Assembly (NCBI RefSeq): GCF_009914755.1
Contig: NC_060926.1
Source: the human T2T-CHM13v2.0 reference genome, Homo sapiens
Length of the DNA stretch: 64,000 nucleotides
Reading direction: 5' to 3' (one strand)
Part shown: positions 46,881-63,870 of the stretch, in pieces
Numbering within the stretch: position 1 is the stretch's first letter
Layout of the letters: each line of letters starts with the position of its first letter
Program-made: the position numbers and the translations under genes
The notes under the pieces: generated by a model
What the model was told of the DNA's origin: nothing
Databases searched by the model: none
What the model saw: the letters and a program-made list of their open reading frames with translations, nothing else

Positions 46881-47397
46881 CCACAATTAGGTGTCATCTC
46901 ACTCCAGTTAGAGTGGCTATCAAGAAAAAGACAAAAAATAACAAATGCTGGTGAGGATGCAGAGAAAGGGGAATACCTGTAAACTGTTGGGAATGTAAAG
47001 TAGTATAGCCATTATGGAAAACAGTTTAGAGTTTTCCCAAAAAACTAAAACTAGAACTACCACATAGTTCAGTTCAGCAATCCCACTGATAGGTCTATAT
47101 CCAAAAGAAAGGAAATCAGTGTATCAAAGAGGTATCTGCATTCCCATGTTTATTGCAGCACTGTTCACAGTACCCAAGATACTAATGAATCTAAGTGTCC
47201 ATCAGTTGGTGAATGGATAAAGAAAATGTGGTATATACACATAATGGAATATTATTCAGCCATAAAAAGAATGAAATCCTGTCATTTGCAGAAAAATGGA
47301 TGGGATTGGAGGTTATTATGTTAAGTGAAAACCAGGCACAGAAAGACAAATATTGCATGTTCTCATTCCTATGTGGGAGCTAAAAAGTGAATCTTAC

Positions 47398-47699
<302 letters not shown>

Positions 47700-50600
47700 A
47701 AAAAGTGAATCTCACAGGGGTAGACAGTAGAATGGTCACTACCAGAGGCTTAGAAAGGAAGCGGGGTGGAACAGATGAGAGAAATTGGTTAAGGGGTACA
47801 AAAACAGAATCAGATATAAGAAATAAGTTCCTGTATTTGATAATGCAGTGGGAAAATTATAGTAATTGTATATTTCAAAATAGCTAGAAGAGAAGAATTG
47901 TAATGTTCTTAAAACAAAGATAAATATTTGAAGAGATGGATACCCCATTTACCCTAATCTGATCATAACACAGTGTATACAGGTATTCGAATGTCACATG
48001 TACCCTAAAATATGTACAACTATTATGTAATCAAAGAAAAAGAACAATCTCAAAATATTTTTTAGAAAACCTTAACACCATCAGATGGCACTATATACCT
48101 ACTAGATTGACCCAAATTACAAAACATAGCAAAAACAAAAAATACAGACAATACCAAGTGTTGGTGAGCAAATGAAGCAACATAAACTCATATATTGCTG
48201 GTGGGAGTACACATTGGTACAACCACTTTGGAAACCATTTAGTATTGTCTTCTGAAGCTAAACATATGCATACCATATGACCTCTGCATTTCCTCTCTGG
48301 ATGGACCCAAGAGAAATATGTGCATAAGTTCACTGAAAGGCAAGCATAAAAATGCTCTTGACAGTATTATTTTTAGTAGTACCACATTGGAAACAACCCA
48401 AGTATTCATCAATCATAGAATAAATAAATACACTGTAGTGCATTCATCCAGTGGAAAAGTATTTAGTAATAAAAATGAAATAATTAAAGTTGCAACATAC
48501 AATGTTGACTGAGAGAAGTCAGACACAAACAAGTATACATTATACAATTCCAGTTATTTAAAGTCCAAAACCAGGTACATCTAGATGTTAGTAGTAGTTA
48601 CATTTGGGAAAATGGAGTAAGTGAGATGGGCAGAAGCATAAGGGGGTCTTCTGAGACTCGGGCAATGGTGATTCTTGAGTGGGTGGCAGTTAATAGAAGT
48701 TTGTTTTGTGATAATTCATGAAGGGACACATTTATGTTTTAAGTACTTTTTTGTCATTCTTAAATTAAAAAAAAACTTAAAAATTCAAATAATTTGTAAG
48801 GAGTCCTATTTTCTGAAAGTAAATTTTTTCATCAGGGAATGTACTCCATCCCACCTTTATTCCTACCCTTATTTATTTCTTGGTAATTTCCTATCTAAGC
48901 ATATATTTTTTTTAATAGAACACCAGCTTCTTTTCCAGTAATTGCTCCAAGGAAGCCATCTTTGTCATTCCTCAGAAATGCTCATAATACAACATAGTGG
49001 TCAGAAATAATAATACCAAATAGAAGTGTAATTTCCTAAGTGGAAAACACATTTCTCTTGGCAATGACTGTCAACAGCATTCCTGGAAATCCAGCAGAAC
49101 TCAGAATTTCAAGCACTACAGTGAAGGAAATGTCTAGTAGCAGTAGTAATGGAAACAAAAACATGAAGGAAAGAGAATGATTTGGAAGAATGTTAATTCT
49201 TTACTTTTGCTCCATTAAACACAGGTATAAAAAAGACTAATTGAAGAGTCTAATGTTATTTACTAACATTATTTTCTAAGATTTGCTTAATGTCCAAAAA
49301 TTACTATACAACTTTAACTTATGCTGGCTAAAAGGTTTGAAATAGCCGAGTGAGGGCTAAAGCTGGAAGACCAATAGGGCATTCATCTCACAGGTCAAAT
49401 GTTATCACCCAATTCTCCAAGTACACATAATCCATAACAGAAGGCTGCCTTCTAATTGCCTATCCTGGTGCCATTTTGTCTGTCTGGAAAAATCCCAACT
49501 CACCTTCAAGTCCAAATTCATTCATCTTCTCCTCTGTTACTTACCTAGGTATTAATAGAACTGATCTCTCCTTTCTCATTACCATTCATACCTTGTATCT
49601 GATTTATGATAGCCCTATGATATATTAAAATTCTTCATATTTTTTCTCTTCTATCCCACTGTAAGTAACTTAAGGGCAGGAACTATATTTCATTCATTAT
49701 TCTCTCCAGTGCTTATCTGAACAGTTAGCTCACAGCAGGTATCAGTAAGGAAGGGTTGTTAAGTGAAATAAATGGGAAGAGACTGACGGAGAAGGTTACT
49801 CAGCTAGTGCTTTGGAAAGCGGGGTGGGGAGGAAGTGGTCCAAGAGCTGACATCATGATGGAGGCCAGAACTAGAGGCTGAAGCACACTGACACTGGTAA
49901 GCCAAGCTGGCAGGTACTGGTATAAAAGTGAGATGAATAACTGAAGGCCAGAGTACAAGTCTAACAGCCCCTGTTGGGACTAGTCAGAAACTAGGCCACA
50001 TACACACTAGTTATAAGAGCCAGAGACAATGTAGAGGCAATTTAAACCACAACTAATCATAAAATGGAAGGTGATGCATAAATAGTTTTCTAAAGTAGAA
50101 CTGCAAGGTGGCAAGCCAAGTTGTGCTGCTGTTTTGGTGGTACGTAGCCTAGTACCACTAGTATGATTCATATTAGAATGCCCCAGTTTGTTTGGCTTTG
50201 CCATTATTGAGGAGAGGGACTTGTTGGTACTGAAGCAAGGGGAATTACAGGAGATGGGCATGGTTTCATTATGACAGGTGAATTTGGGAGGTAGGAAATC
50301 AACCATTGTGGGTGTATATACCGCAATATATATGTGAGTTTTACTCTTGGTCTATGGTGACTGAGATACTACTTCTAGTCACTTTGATCTTATTTAAAAG
50401 GTCTGACAGATTCTACATGTCCAAAATATACCACCACGTTTACAAGGAAAAATCACTTTCTTAAAGTACTCATGAAAAGGTTTGACAGGTTAGGAAAAGG
50501 CTTTGGTAGATTCAGCACCATGATGGGGGGTGGCTGAGGAGAATAATCATTAGTAAGCCCATTAATACCGATGAAATGCCAAACATTTTAAAACTCCCTT

Positions 50601-50999
50601 TAAAATAAAAAATACAATAATCTTGGGAGCTGAGATGAGCTCTACTGTGGATGGGTACTTATTTAGACAAGATTTGAAGAAGACCTGTCACAATTAAGAA
50701 ATAAACGGTAGACCTCACTGTGAGCTTATCTTGCCAAGGGTTACAACGCCTGAAGGCATTCTGCAGGAACATGGCAACGATGGATTTTAGTTCTGGTGGA
50801 CTGACTGTCTTACCTCAGTGTTTGGTAGGTGGGCTATTCTGAGATTAAGTCCATGGATGTTGAATCTCAAGACCATCTTGCAGTGTGGATGTAGTAGACG
50901 CAATGTAACTACCTAAAAGCCAACAAAAATTTTCATTTCCCTTGATTGACTCTACTGAGTCATGGGGAAATCAAAACATATGGCTTTTCTCTATTCCTC

Positions 51000-51392
51000 A
51001 GAGTAAGGGATATTTTGGCTACTAATCTAAAAGTTCCTAGGGAGGACATTCTCTTTTTAAATAAGCCAAAGCCTAATCAGGAGTAGGCCTTTTGCCTTTC
51101 TCCCCTTTCCCTTTCTTTCTGGCTGAATGTTAGACATGAGGTCTAGAGTTGCAGGAGCCATGACGTGACCATGAGATGATGACCACAAGGATAAAGGTTT
51201 ATGTGATGTGCAAAGGACAACAGAGTAGAAACATACGACCCATGTCCCAGATGGCACTGTTGAGATGTTATTTACCTCTGGACTGCCTATGCCTGGATTT
51301 CTTGGCACATGAGAAAAATAGATCCCTATCTGTTTAGGCCACTGTAATTTGGTTTTCTGTTATCTATAGTCAAACTCAATCCCAGATGATAA
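51000..51392 (+). mobile_element. Old MLT1 (J/K-like) LTR fragment
   Basis: ctggactgcctatgcctggatttctt...tgtttaggccactg...ggttttctgtta. Confidence 0.6.
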
Positions 51393-52399
51393 AAGTGAAT
51401 AGAAATAGGGCCTTTGAATATTCTGGGTGTTTTTGGTCACAGCACAAGGGCTGATGTGCTTAACTGCCTATCAGGCTCTGGTACTTGAGTGGGGGAGAAA
51501 GTGGCATCTGCACATATCCAGGGCTTGCCTGAGAGGAGGCAGGGTAGGAGCTGACTGAAAAAGAGCCTTTCACAGGAAAGCTCCTCCTAGCACATATTCT
51601 GACTATTCCTGAGGCTGGCAAGATGTGCTGAGTGTAGGGAAGTTAGGAAGGTTCAAGTCAAGCAGGGCTGTGTGGGAACAAAATTTAGGGTTGAGGACGA
51701 GCTGCAAGACTAGAAGATTCTGGAGACATGAGCAGCCCCACATGCCAACACAGCTGTAGGCAGAGTAAGGCTGGGTACTCAGAAAGGCTATACCAGCAGG
51801 GTTTGTCAAAAGGTTAAGTAGGACCAGATAGTCTTAGAAACCCAGATGAAACCTTCTTCCAAGGGAAAATTCTTCAGCGGTTATTTATTTATTTCCAGGT
51901 TGTTTTCCACCTTTCCAATGGTGCCAAGTTGCAACAAAGTGAAAACTAGACCTAAAAAAATAATTCTCCCATTCTAAACTTTCTGCATAATTTGGAGAAA
52001 TGTTTCGTAGTCAACATAGTTTATTATGTATTTCTCTATAAGCCAGGACTGTGGTCATTACGATAATCAATTTAGTCTGCAAACAGATAATCTTACCTAA
52101 GCGACACTGAGTTCACCAAAGTGAAAAACAACTGGAGGTGTTGTATGATTTTAAAAAATAATGCAACTTTTTAGACTGGCGTTAATTTTGAAATATAAAA
52201 ATTTCTTTAGAAAAAATAAGATATTCATTGCGCTATTAACTTCTAAACCAGAGATTATATCCTAGTACCACACTAATCACCTCTTGTCCTAAATCCTAAC
52301 ACTGACCGAAAAACAAAAACAAAAACAAACAAAAAAACCTTTTCCTTCATTCCTGAATTTTAGGTTATACTTGCATGAATCATTAAAAGCTGCAGCTGG

Positions 52400-52532
52400 G
52401 GCCGGGCATGACGGCTCACACCTGTAATCTCAGCACTGTGGGAGGCCAAGGTCGAGGACTGCTTGAGGCCTGGAGTTTGAGACTAGCTTGGCCAACATAG
52501 CAAGACCCTGTCTCTAATATAAATAAATAAAT
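52400..52532 (+). mobile_element. FLAM Alu monomer
   Basis: Left-arm Alu with (TAAA)n tail; degenerate TSD aaaagctgcagctgg/aaaagccacagttgg. Confidence 0.85.
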
Positions 52533-55109
52533 AAAAGCCACAGTTGGGTTTTATAAACATATTTTCATAAGCTGCTCAGATAAATGAGAGAATAGGTAAG
52601 GTAACATGAGAGTCTGGTTTCGTCTTACTCAAAAATTATTCTGGGATTGAGTTAAAAATATTCTAGAAGAAATTTATGATTCTTTAGTGATGCAAATGCT
52701 TATGTTGTCATCTCATTTAATAGTTCATTTTATATCTTAAAAAGCTAATTCCATATTAAGGGAAGAAAAAATTATGAAAATTTATTTTACAAGAATATAT
52801 TCAACAAAGTAATGTAATCTACCAGAAATTCCCTATGTCTCTGTGCTATGTTTTTCTAGTTAGGTAACTGAAAGGAAATAAAATATCAATTTGGCCTAAC
52901 TAACGAAAAGACCCTAGAATATTTTTTAAAGTTAATTATTTTGACTTGCTATACTGCTGAACTAAGACGTATTTTCTTTTAGCTTTGATCAGAAAATCAA
53001 CTTAGCTGTCTCAGTGAAAAGCCTATTTTTCATGAAGTGGAAGAACATCTAAAGAAAATACAGAGTAGCAAACATTCCAGAATTAAAACTGAAGAAAAAA
53101 TCCATATATGTTCTTTAAAAATAACATTTAAAATAACCTAGTTAACAAAATGACATTGATGAACACTGTGGTAAAGTTTATAATGTACACTAACTGATGT
53201 AGGGCTACTCTTCTCTGAATGCTGGATAGGAAATGACATTTCACTCACTCATACTAGAGAAGAACGCTAATGCCCCAGAACTCAAGCCTACAGGAAAGGA
53301 TGTGCCATCTTTGCCAAAAGGGCAGCAGGATTTGAAATATTTGAATATTTTGGTTCCTAGAATTTTTCAGAGCTTACAACAACAACAACAAAAATGTGTG
53401 TATAAACTAAAGGATACAGAAAACCAGTTTCTATCTAGATAGGGCAGGATTTATTATCCACTGCTTGGACTAGCAAACTTCCTCCATTTGTTTCCGTAAG
53501 ATTTCTACTGAAGCACAGACATTACATAATCTGCAAACACTGCAAAGCCTCCTAAAAGGCATGCTGGCAGGTTAAAAGGTCGTTGTCTGGATGATAGTCA
53601 AGCCACAGAGAAACAGGTCTGTGGGGGCCAGGGGGAAATATCCAGCTGGACCAGATTCCCAGCTGGGAATGATCTCTGACCTGATCTTCTTTTCCCTTGA
53701 TAACCCCTCTCTTTGTGTAACCATGAAAATTATGCCGATGCAAGTAGCTGGTATGAACATTAGTTATGTCCACTATTCATGGAGTATAAACTCTAGCAGA
53801 GCCCACTGATCATCTCCCAAAGTCTTCTGTTGAGTGTTGCTCTCTCAGTTGGGACTTTCTCTTTGTGGGAAGCAAGGTACTAGGAATCACCATAGTGATG
53901 GTAAGGGCAAGCCTGGGCGAAGGCAGCTTCTGTGAGGGTTATTGCAAGAGGAGGCAGGGGTGGCACTGGGGATCTAGAGGGAAGAGGCTGGCTACTAGGA
54001 AGTGAACTATGAACCCAAGCAGGGAATGAACCAATAACCCAAAGAAGAAAGAAGACAGGTAACTAACTACTGCCTCATTTTCCTTTACCCAAGGTTACAC
54101 ACACTGGGTAGGTTATGGGGAAAAAAAAAAATCAGAGACCACTGAAGTAGTAGTTATTTGGCTATCAGAAGGCCAGATTAGAGCCAAGGGATTAAAAGAT
54201 CAGAAAAGGAAAGGATGTAAGAAATAGGAGGACTGTGCTCCAAAAATTTGTTTGCTAGTTTGTTATTTAGAACAGAGATGAAGACATGTAGCTGAATGTT
54301 CAGTCTGATTTACAAAATGTATTTCATATATCAGGGTTGTGTGAGAAAGGAAGCCCAGGGTTCTTCAAGCAACAATGTAGTATAAAACTCTGGTTGCCTT
54401 GGATTGGGGAGGGAAATATGTCTTATGCCTAAACTGTCTTGCTCCCTGCTGCCTAAACTTCAGTCTCCTGGAAGATGCAGTAGGAGGTCAATTATTGCAA
54501 TTAAAAGGAAGAGTCCTTTCTTTCAAGTGCAGCTTTTGGAGCCTACTTCTCCTGAAGTGTATATAACTCTGATGCAGAAAAAGTGGAAAATACCTTTACA
54601 TAATTTCCTGCTTTAATTAAAAACATTAAGCACTTGATTATATGTTATATGTGACATATTATGTATTTAGTAAATATACCGTTAAGAATAATTTGTCATA
54701 GCTAGACTTTTCATATATAAATTTAAAAAATGTATAAAATTTATATCCCATGTCCTGATTTGAGTTTAGAAAATATTTCTAAAGAGGCATAAGTACAGCT
54801 GCATATCTAATGGTGTCCTCAGCCCTGGGACTCTGGGTCCTCAACCTTCTCAATGTCTCAAGGACAAGGAGCTCCTAATTCAGGCCGTCAGGATGAGGGG
54901 AACACCTATCCCAGGGAGGAAAGTGGTATCCCTAGCTGGAGAATGCTTTTTGTTTTTAATTCAACTTTTATTTTAAGATAGTTGTAGATTTACATGCAGG
55001 TGTAACAAATAATATAGAGAAATCCATGTACCTTTTACCCAGTTTCTCCCATGGTAATATCTTGCAAAACCACAGTATAATGTTACAGCCAGGATATGTA
55101 TGTATGTAT

Positions 55110-55270
55110 TTTTTAAAGAGACAGGGTCTTCCTCTGTTGCCCAGGCCGAAGTGCAGTGGTGCAATCACAGCTCGCTGTAACCTTGAACTCCTAGGCTCAA
55201 GCGATCCTCCTGCCTCAACCTCCCAAGTAGCCAGGACTACAGGTGTGTGCCACCATGCCTAGCTAAATTT
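55110..55270 (-). mobile_element. FRAM/AluJ right arm
   Basis: gagacagggtctt...ggctcaagcgatcctcctgcctc...caccatgcctagctaa. Confidence 0.85.
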
Positions 55271-56450
55271 TCATCTTTAATTTTTAACCCCTGGCAACCA
55301 CTAATCTGTTCTTCATTTCTATAATGTTATCACTTCAAGAATGCTATATAAATGGAATCACGCAGTATGTAAACCTTAAGGGTTGCTTTTTTTCACTGAG
55401 CATAATTCTCTGGAGATGGACACAGGTTGCTGTGTGTATTAAAAGTCTGTTCCTTTTTATTATCAAGTAGAATTCCATGGTATGGCTTTACCACAGTTTG
55501 TTTAATAATTTACCCATTGAAAATACCTCTGGGTTGTTTCCAGTTTTTGGCTATTATGAATAAAACTACAATAAACATTCATATACAGGTTTTTCTCTGA
55601 ACACCAGTTTTCACATATCAGGGATGAATGCCTAGGAGTGTTAACTGCTGGGTCATAGGGTAGCTGCGTGTTTAGGTTTTTAATTGTCAAACTGCTTTCC
55701 AGAGTGGGTGCACCATTTTACATTATCAGCAGCAATGTATGAGTGATCCAGTTTCTCTGCATCCTTACCAGCATTTATGGTTGCTGATTTTTTTTATTTT
55801 AGCCATTCTGATAGGTGTGTAATGATATCTCACTGTGATCACACCCAGCTAGTCTTTGCCTAGTCCTAGATCCTGATCCTGAATATTTTATTCTTTTTTT
55901 CTAAAAGGATTGTAGTTTTAAGATTTATATTAAAATTCATGGCTCATTTAGAGTTAACCTTTTTATAAGGTGTAAGGTTTACAGTTTAGGTTGAGGTTCA
56001 TTTCCTTCCTTCCTTTCTTCTTCTCTCCTTCTCCTTCTCCTTCTTCTTTTTTTCTTTTGGCCTAAGAAGAGCCAAGTGCTCCAGCAACATTGTTGAAATG
56101 GCAATTCCTCTTTTATCAAATTGCTTTTGCCCTCTTGTCAAAAATCAGTTGGGCACACTTGTGTGGGTCTATTTCTAGGTTCTCTTCTCTGTTCCATTGA
56201 TTTATGTATTAATCCCTTTATCAATATCACAAAGTTTTGATTACTGTAGCTACATAATAAATCTTGCAACCAGACAGACTCACTCCTTCCACTTTATTCT
56301 TCTTTTACAAAACTGTCTTAGTAATTCTTATTCCTTTGCCTTTCCAAATACATTTTAGAATAATCATGTCGATAGCTACAAAAAAATCTTGCTCGGATTT
56401 TGATAGCAACTATGTTTAATATGCATATCAATTTAGGAAGAATTGACATC

Positions 56451-56838
56451 TGATATGGTTTGGATTTGTGTCCTCACCCAAATCTCATGTCCTCAATGTA
56501 ATCCCCAATGTTGGAGGTGGGACCTGGTGAGAGGTAACTGAATCATGGGGATGGTTTCTCATGACTTAACACCATCCCCCTTGGTGCTGTTATAGAAATA
56601 ATGATGGAGTTATCTCAAGATCTGGTTGTTTAAAGTGTGTGGCACCTCTCCCACTTGTCTTTCTCAGTCCCGCTCCTCCCATGTTAGACGCCTGCTCCCA
56701 CTTTGCCTTCTGCCATAAGTAAAAGCTACTTGAGGCGTCCGCAGAAGTGGATGCCTCTTCCTGTACAGCCTATGGAACTGTGAGCCAATTAAACCTCTTT
56801 TCTTTATAAATTACCCAGTGTGAGAGTGCATTAATACA
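56451..56838 (+). mobile_element. MSTA/MSTB MaLR solo LTR
   Basis: tgatatggtttggatttgtgtcc...gaactgtgagccaattaaacctcttttctttataaattacccagt...taataca. Confidence 0.9.
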
Positions 56839-57144
56839 TGTTTACTATGTTGAGTCTTCCAATCCATGAACACAGTATGTCTCTCCATTTACTTAGGTCT
56901 TCTTTCATTTCTTTATTAATAGTCATCATTTTCAGCATATAATTATGTATATGTTTTTCTAAATTTATGCCTAACAATTTAATTTTTCCGACTGGCTAAA
57001 AATGTACATTATATTTTAAATTTTGGTTTCTATTGCTAGTGTATGCAAATAATATTGACTTTTGTGCTTATCCTGTATCCTGTGACATTGTTGAACTTGT
57101 ATTAATTCTCAAAGTTTGTTTTTGGTAGATTCCTTGGGATTGTC

Positions 57145-57216
57145 ATTTTTTTCTTTTAGTTTTTTTTTTTTTAATCATTTGATATATTTTTATTCCCTGG
57201 CAGAGCCGCAGAACCA
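57145..57216 (-). pseudogene. Tiny retroposed 3' end of an unidentified polyadenylated RNA
   Basis: 44-nt body with AATAAA 16 nt before an A-rich tail, flanked by a 14-bp TSD tccttgggatt(g/t)tc. Confidence 0.75.
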
Positions 57217-58179
57217 TCCTTGGGATTTTCTCTACAGACAATCATGCCATCTACAAACGAGATTAATTTCTTCTCTTCTGATCTGTATATCTTTTATTTC
57301 CTTGCCTTACCTTACTGGACTGACTAGAACGTCCAGCACTATGTTGAATAAGAGTGCTGAGAGCAGACATCTTTGTCTTGTTTCTAGTCTTAGAAGAAAA
57401 GCATTCAAAATATTTTTTTTTCCCTGCATCGGTTGATAGAATCATGTGGTTTATCTTCTTTAGCCTGTTAATATGTTAGATTATATTAATGGATTTTTGA
57501 ATATCATACTAGCCTTGCATCCCTGGAATAAATCACATTTGGTAATAGAATAGTATATAATTCTTTTTATATATTGCTGAATTCTGTTTGCTAATATTTT
57601 ATTAGAGATGTTTGTCTCTATACTCATAGGGGATACTGGCCTGTAGTTTCTTCTTTTTTTGTATTATTTTTCTCTGGTTTTGATATTAGATAATACTAGC
57701 TTCAAAAAGTGAATTGGGATGTGTTCCCTCCTATTTTCTATTTAAAAAATAGGTAGAATTGTGTTAGTATTTCTTTAAACATTAGGTATAGTTCTTCAGT
57801 GAAATCATCTGAGCCTCTAAACGTCTTTTTTTGGAAGTTTTAAAATTACAAATTGAGTTTCCTTCAAAGTTATAAGGCTCTTCAAATGGTCTATTTCATC
57901 TTGGATGAATTGTGGTAGTGTGTCCACATTTGAAGAATTGGTTTATTTCATTCCAGTTGTCAAATTTATATGTGTAGAGTTGTTCACAGTAGCCTTTATT
58001 ATCCTTTTGATGGGTGCAGGCTCTATGGTGATATTTTCTATTTCATTTCTGATATTGGTAATTTGTGTCTTCAGCTGTTTTTTCTTTGTCAGTCTTGCTA
58101 GGGGTTTGTCAATTTCATTACTCTTTCAAAGTAGCCACTTTCTTCTTCCATTGATTTTCTCTATTGTTTTTGTTTTCAA

Positions 58180-58306
58180 TTTTTTTTGTAGAGACAGGGT
58201 CTCACTATGTCGCCTAGGCTGGTCTCAAACTCCTGGCCTTAAGCAAACCTTCTGCCTCAGCCTTCCAAAGTGCTGGCATTCAAGATGTGAGCCACTGCTC
58301 CTAACC
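58180..58306 (-). mobile_element. FLAM_C Alu monomer
   Basis: tttttgtagagacagggtctcactatgt...gtgagccactgc. Confidence 0.85.
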
Positions 58307-58541
58307 CTAATTTCTATTCTTGTTATTTCTTTCCTTTTCCTCCTTTTGGGTTTATTTTGCTCTTCTTTTTCTAGGTTCTTCAGGTTGAAGCTTAGGTTAC
58401 TAGGACTTTTCTTCTTTTCTAATGTAATCATTTCTGACACCAGCATACATTTTTGTCTCATCACTGTTTTAGCTGTGTCCCACAAATTTTAATATGCTGT
58501 ATTTTCATTTTGATTCAGTTTTATTATTAATTATTAATAAT

Positions 58542-59149
<608 letters not shown>

Positions 59150-61444
59150 TAGTATTATTTGAATTTCTTTGTAATTTCCATTTTTGACTCATGAGTTGTT
59201 TAGAAGTGTGCGGTTTACTTTCCAAGTATTTAAAGATCTAACTTTTGTTATTCTGTTGCTGATTTCTAGTTTGATTCCACTGTGGTCACTGAACATACTC
59301 TGTATGGTTTCAATGATATCAACATGTTGATATCAATTCTGTTTTGGGTGAAGTGTTCTACAAATGTCTATTAGGTAATTTTCTTTGCACTGAAATCTAC
59401 TTTATCTGATATTAATAAAGCTATTCCTGGTTTCCTTTGCTTATAAATGTTTGCATAATGTATCTTTTCTCATCCTTTTGCTTTCAACCTACTTATATTG
59501 TTATATTTAAACTAAGACTTGAGGACAGCATACAATTGAGTCATGTTTTCTAATCTACCCTGCCAATTTCTTTTAATTGTATATTTAGATTTACATTCAA
59601 TATAATCATGGATGATCATTTTATTATTTGTTTTCTGTTTGTTCTCTGTCATGTCTCTGAGTTCTTTTTCTGGTCTTCCAATCAATGTGTTTCTAAATAT
59701 AGAATTCCATCTTCATCTATCCATGGTGATTTTGAGTATCTCTTTTGAATAGCATTTGAAATGGCTGTTCTAGGTACTACATTACATATATACATGACTT
59801 ATTACTATGTACATATGGTTACATCTTACAGTTCAAGTAAAGTGTAGAAACCTTACTTGCCATTATGTCCCTGTACCCTCCCCCATTTATAAAATCGTTC
59901 CCTAAATATTTCCTCTGTGTATGTTTAGAACCATAAGAGACAGTGCTATAATTTTTGCTTTAACTGTTAAACATAATTTAGAAATCTCAAGAGAAGAAGA
60001 AAGTTGCATTTGTCCACATTTTAACTTGTTCACTGTTCTTTCTTTTTGACATTCCCAGATTCCTTCTTTTATCATTTCCTCTCTGTTGAGAGAACTTCCT
60101 GCAGTTATTCTTTTAGGATAGATCTAATGTTGACAAGTTCTTTTAGTTTTTCAACATTTGAGAATGTTAAATTTCCCCTTCTTTCCTGAAAGACACTTTT
60201 GCTAGATACAGAATTTTGGATTAATAGTTATTTTCATTTTGCATTTTGTCATTTTCCTTTGGGTCTCCATGGATTCTGATGAAAAACTAGCTGTCCTTCA
60301 AACAGACTTTCTTCCATGAATAATGTACCGCTTTGCTCTTCTGGCTGCTTTCAAGACATTTTCTTTGTTTTAGTTTTCAAAAGCTTGGTTATGGTGTTTT
60401 AGTATAGATTTCTTTGGGTTTATTCTGTTTTAAATTCACTCAGCTTCTTGAATCTGTAAATTCATATCTTTTGCAAAATTTGGGAGTTTTTGACCATTAT
60501 TTCTTTGAACACTTTTCCAGACCTACTCTCTATTTCTAGGACTAGTGTTATCACAAATGTTAGATCTTTCGTTGTAGTCCAACAGGTCCCTGAGGTTCTG
60601 TTCCTTTTTTTCCCCTTTTTAGTCTATTTTCTCTCTATTGGATAATTTCTATTAATCTAATCTCATATTCACTGATTCTTTCCTCTTTGTCTCCTCATTT
60701 TATTGTTGGTTCCATCCATTGAGATTTTAAATTTGTTCTAAAATTTCCACTCAGTTTTTTTTTAATCTTCTCTTTCCTAAGATTTTCTATCTTCTCATTA
60801 GTTTCAAACATGTTTATTAATTGATCATTAAATAATTTTTATAGTGGCTGCTTTAAAGTTATTGTCAGATAATTCTAATATCTCTGTCATTTTGGTGTTG
60901 GCATTGATTTTTTTTTTCCAGTCAAGTTGAGATTTTGTTAGACAAGTGATTTGCAACTAAAACATGGACAGTTTGAGTATTATGTTATGAGATTCTGGAT
61001 CTTACTTAAACTTTATGTTTTAGATGTTTTTTTCACTATGGCCACGTAGGGTAGAGTCTAAGTTACCCATTTGACTTCTGTTGACACCCAAGGGATGAAG
61101 GGGCTCCTCATAGCTGCTGGGTAGGGGAAGGAATTCTGACTCTGTACTAGGCTTCCACTGTTACCATCTTGGCTGGGACAAGTGGTGAGTCCCTTGCTAC
61201 TTCTCCCCACATGACCTTTACTGATAATATGGGGGTAGTGGTGATGGTGGCCCCATTACTGCAGGGCAGTGATGAAAGTCTTCGCTCTCTACTCAGCCTC
61301 TTCTGGGACAGTACCGTAGAGCAGGGAAAGAGAGGGGGTGCTTCATTACTGCTGGGGAGAGGGTAAAGTCCACTCAATCTTTGCAGGCATGACTGGAAAT
61401 GGCTGGAGTAGAGTAGAGCAGTTACTGTCTAAATGTTTCTTTTA

Positions 61445-62336
<892 letters not shown>

Positions 62337-63031
62337 TAAAACATTGCTCCTTTCCTGGTCTTTGGGCTAGAGAGAGTAGGCTTTTGTTAGGACCTTTAAA
62401 AGTCTCTACTCTTTGGTGTTTCTGGGTTGCTGGCTCCAAATCTAGGATATATGTGGTAAAAAGAAAACCCAGAGAACTCACCACTGTGTTTGTTCCTTGG
62501 GTCCCAAAGTCCCTACATAGCCTGCTTTCTATTCTCTACCTTGTATAGTCTTCTTGATGTTGTTTTATAGATAATATCCATGGTTTTTAGTACTTAGCAG
62601 GAGAAATAGTGGAAAGTCCATTTACTCTATCTTCCTGGAAGCAGAAGTCCCAGGAGGAAAATGGAATCCATAACTGAAGAATGCTTTATAAAATACATTC
62701 TACAAGGCAAAAAGAAAATGACAAAAAGCAACAAGGGGCTGGGAGAGACAAACAAACCTGTAAAGAGACGTAAAATGATCTTATCAAAGTATATGTGGAG
62801 AGTTTTACATATATTTGCCAGAATTTCAAATGTTGATTCCATTGGGTCTCAAGTAATTTCCAAAGGTAGACTGGCCCTAACTCTTGATTTAGTCAACAAC
62901 TGAAAACCAACGAGGGGAAGTAACTAAACAAAAGCCACAGAGTGACTCTAGGGCAGAACCAAAATGAGAGTTGAGGGTTTGTGACTTCCTGTCAGTACTA
63001 TTTTCACCAGTAGGCATCTGTTCCATAATAT

Positions 63032-63870
<839 letters not shown>

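Noticed and set aside
52090-52140. Consensus minus-strand donor TAG|gtaaga
   Set aside because: No acceptor with an adequate pyrimidine tract at exon-like distance
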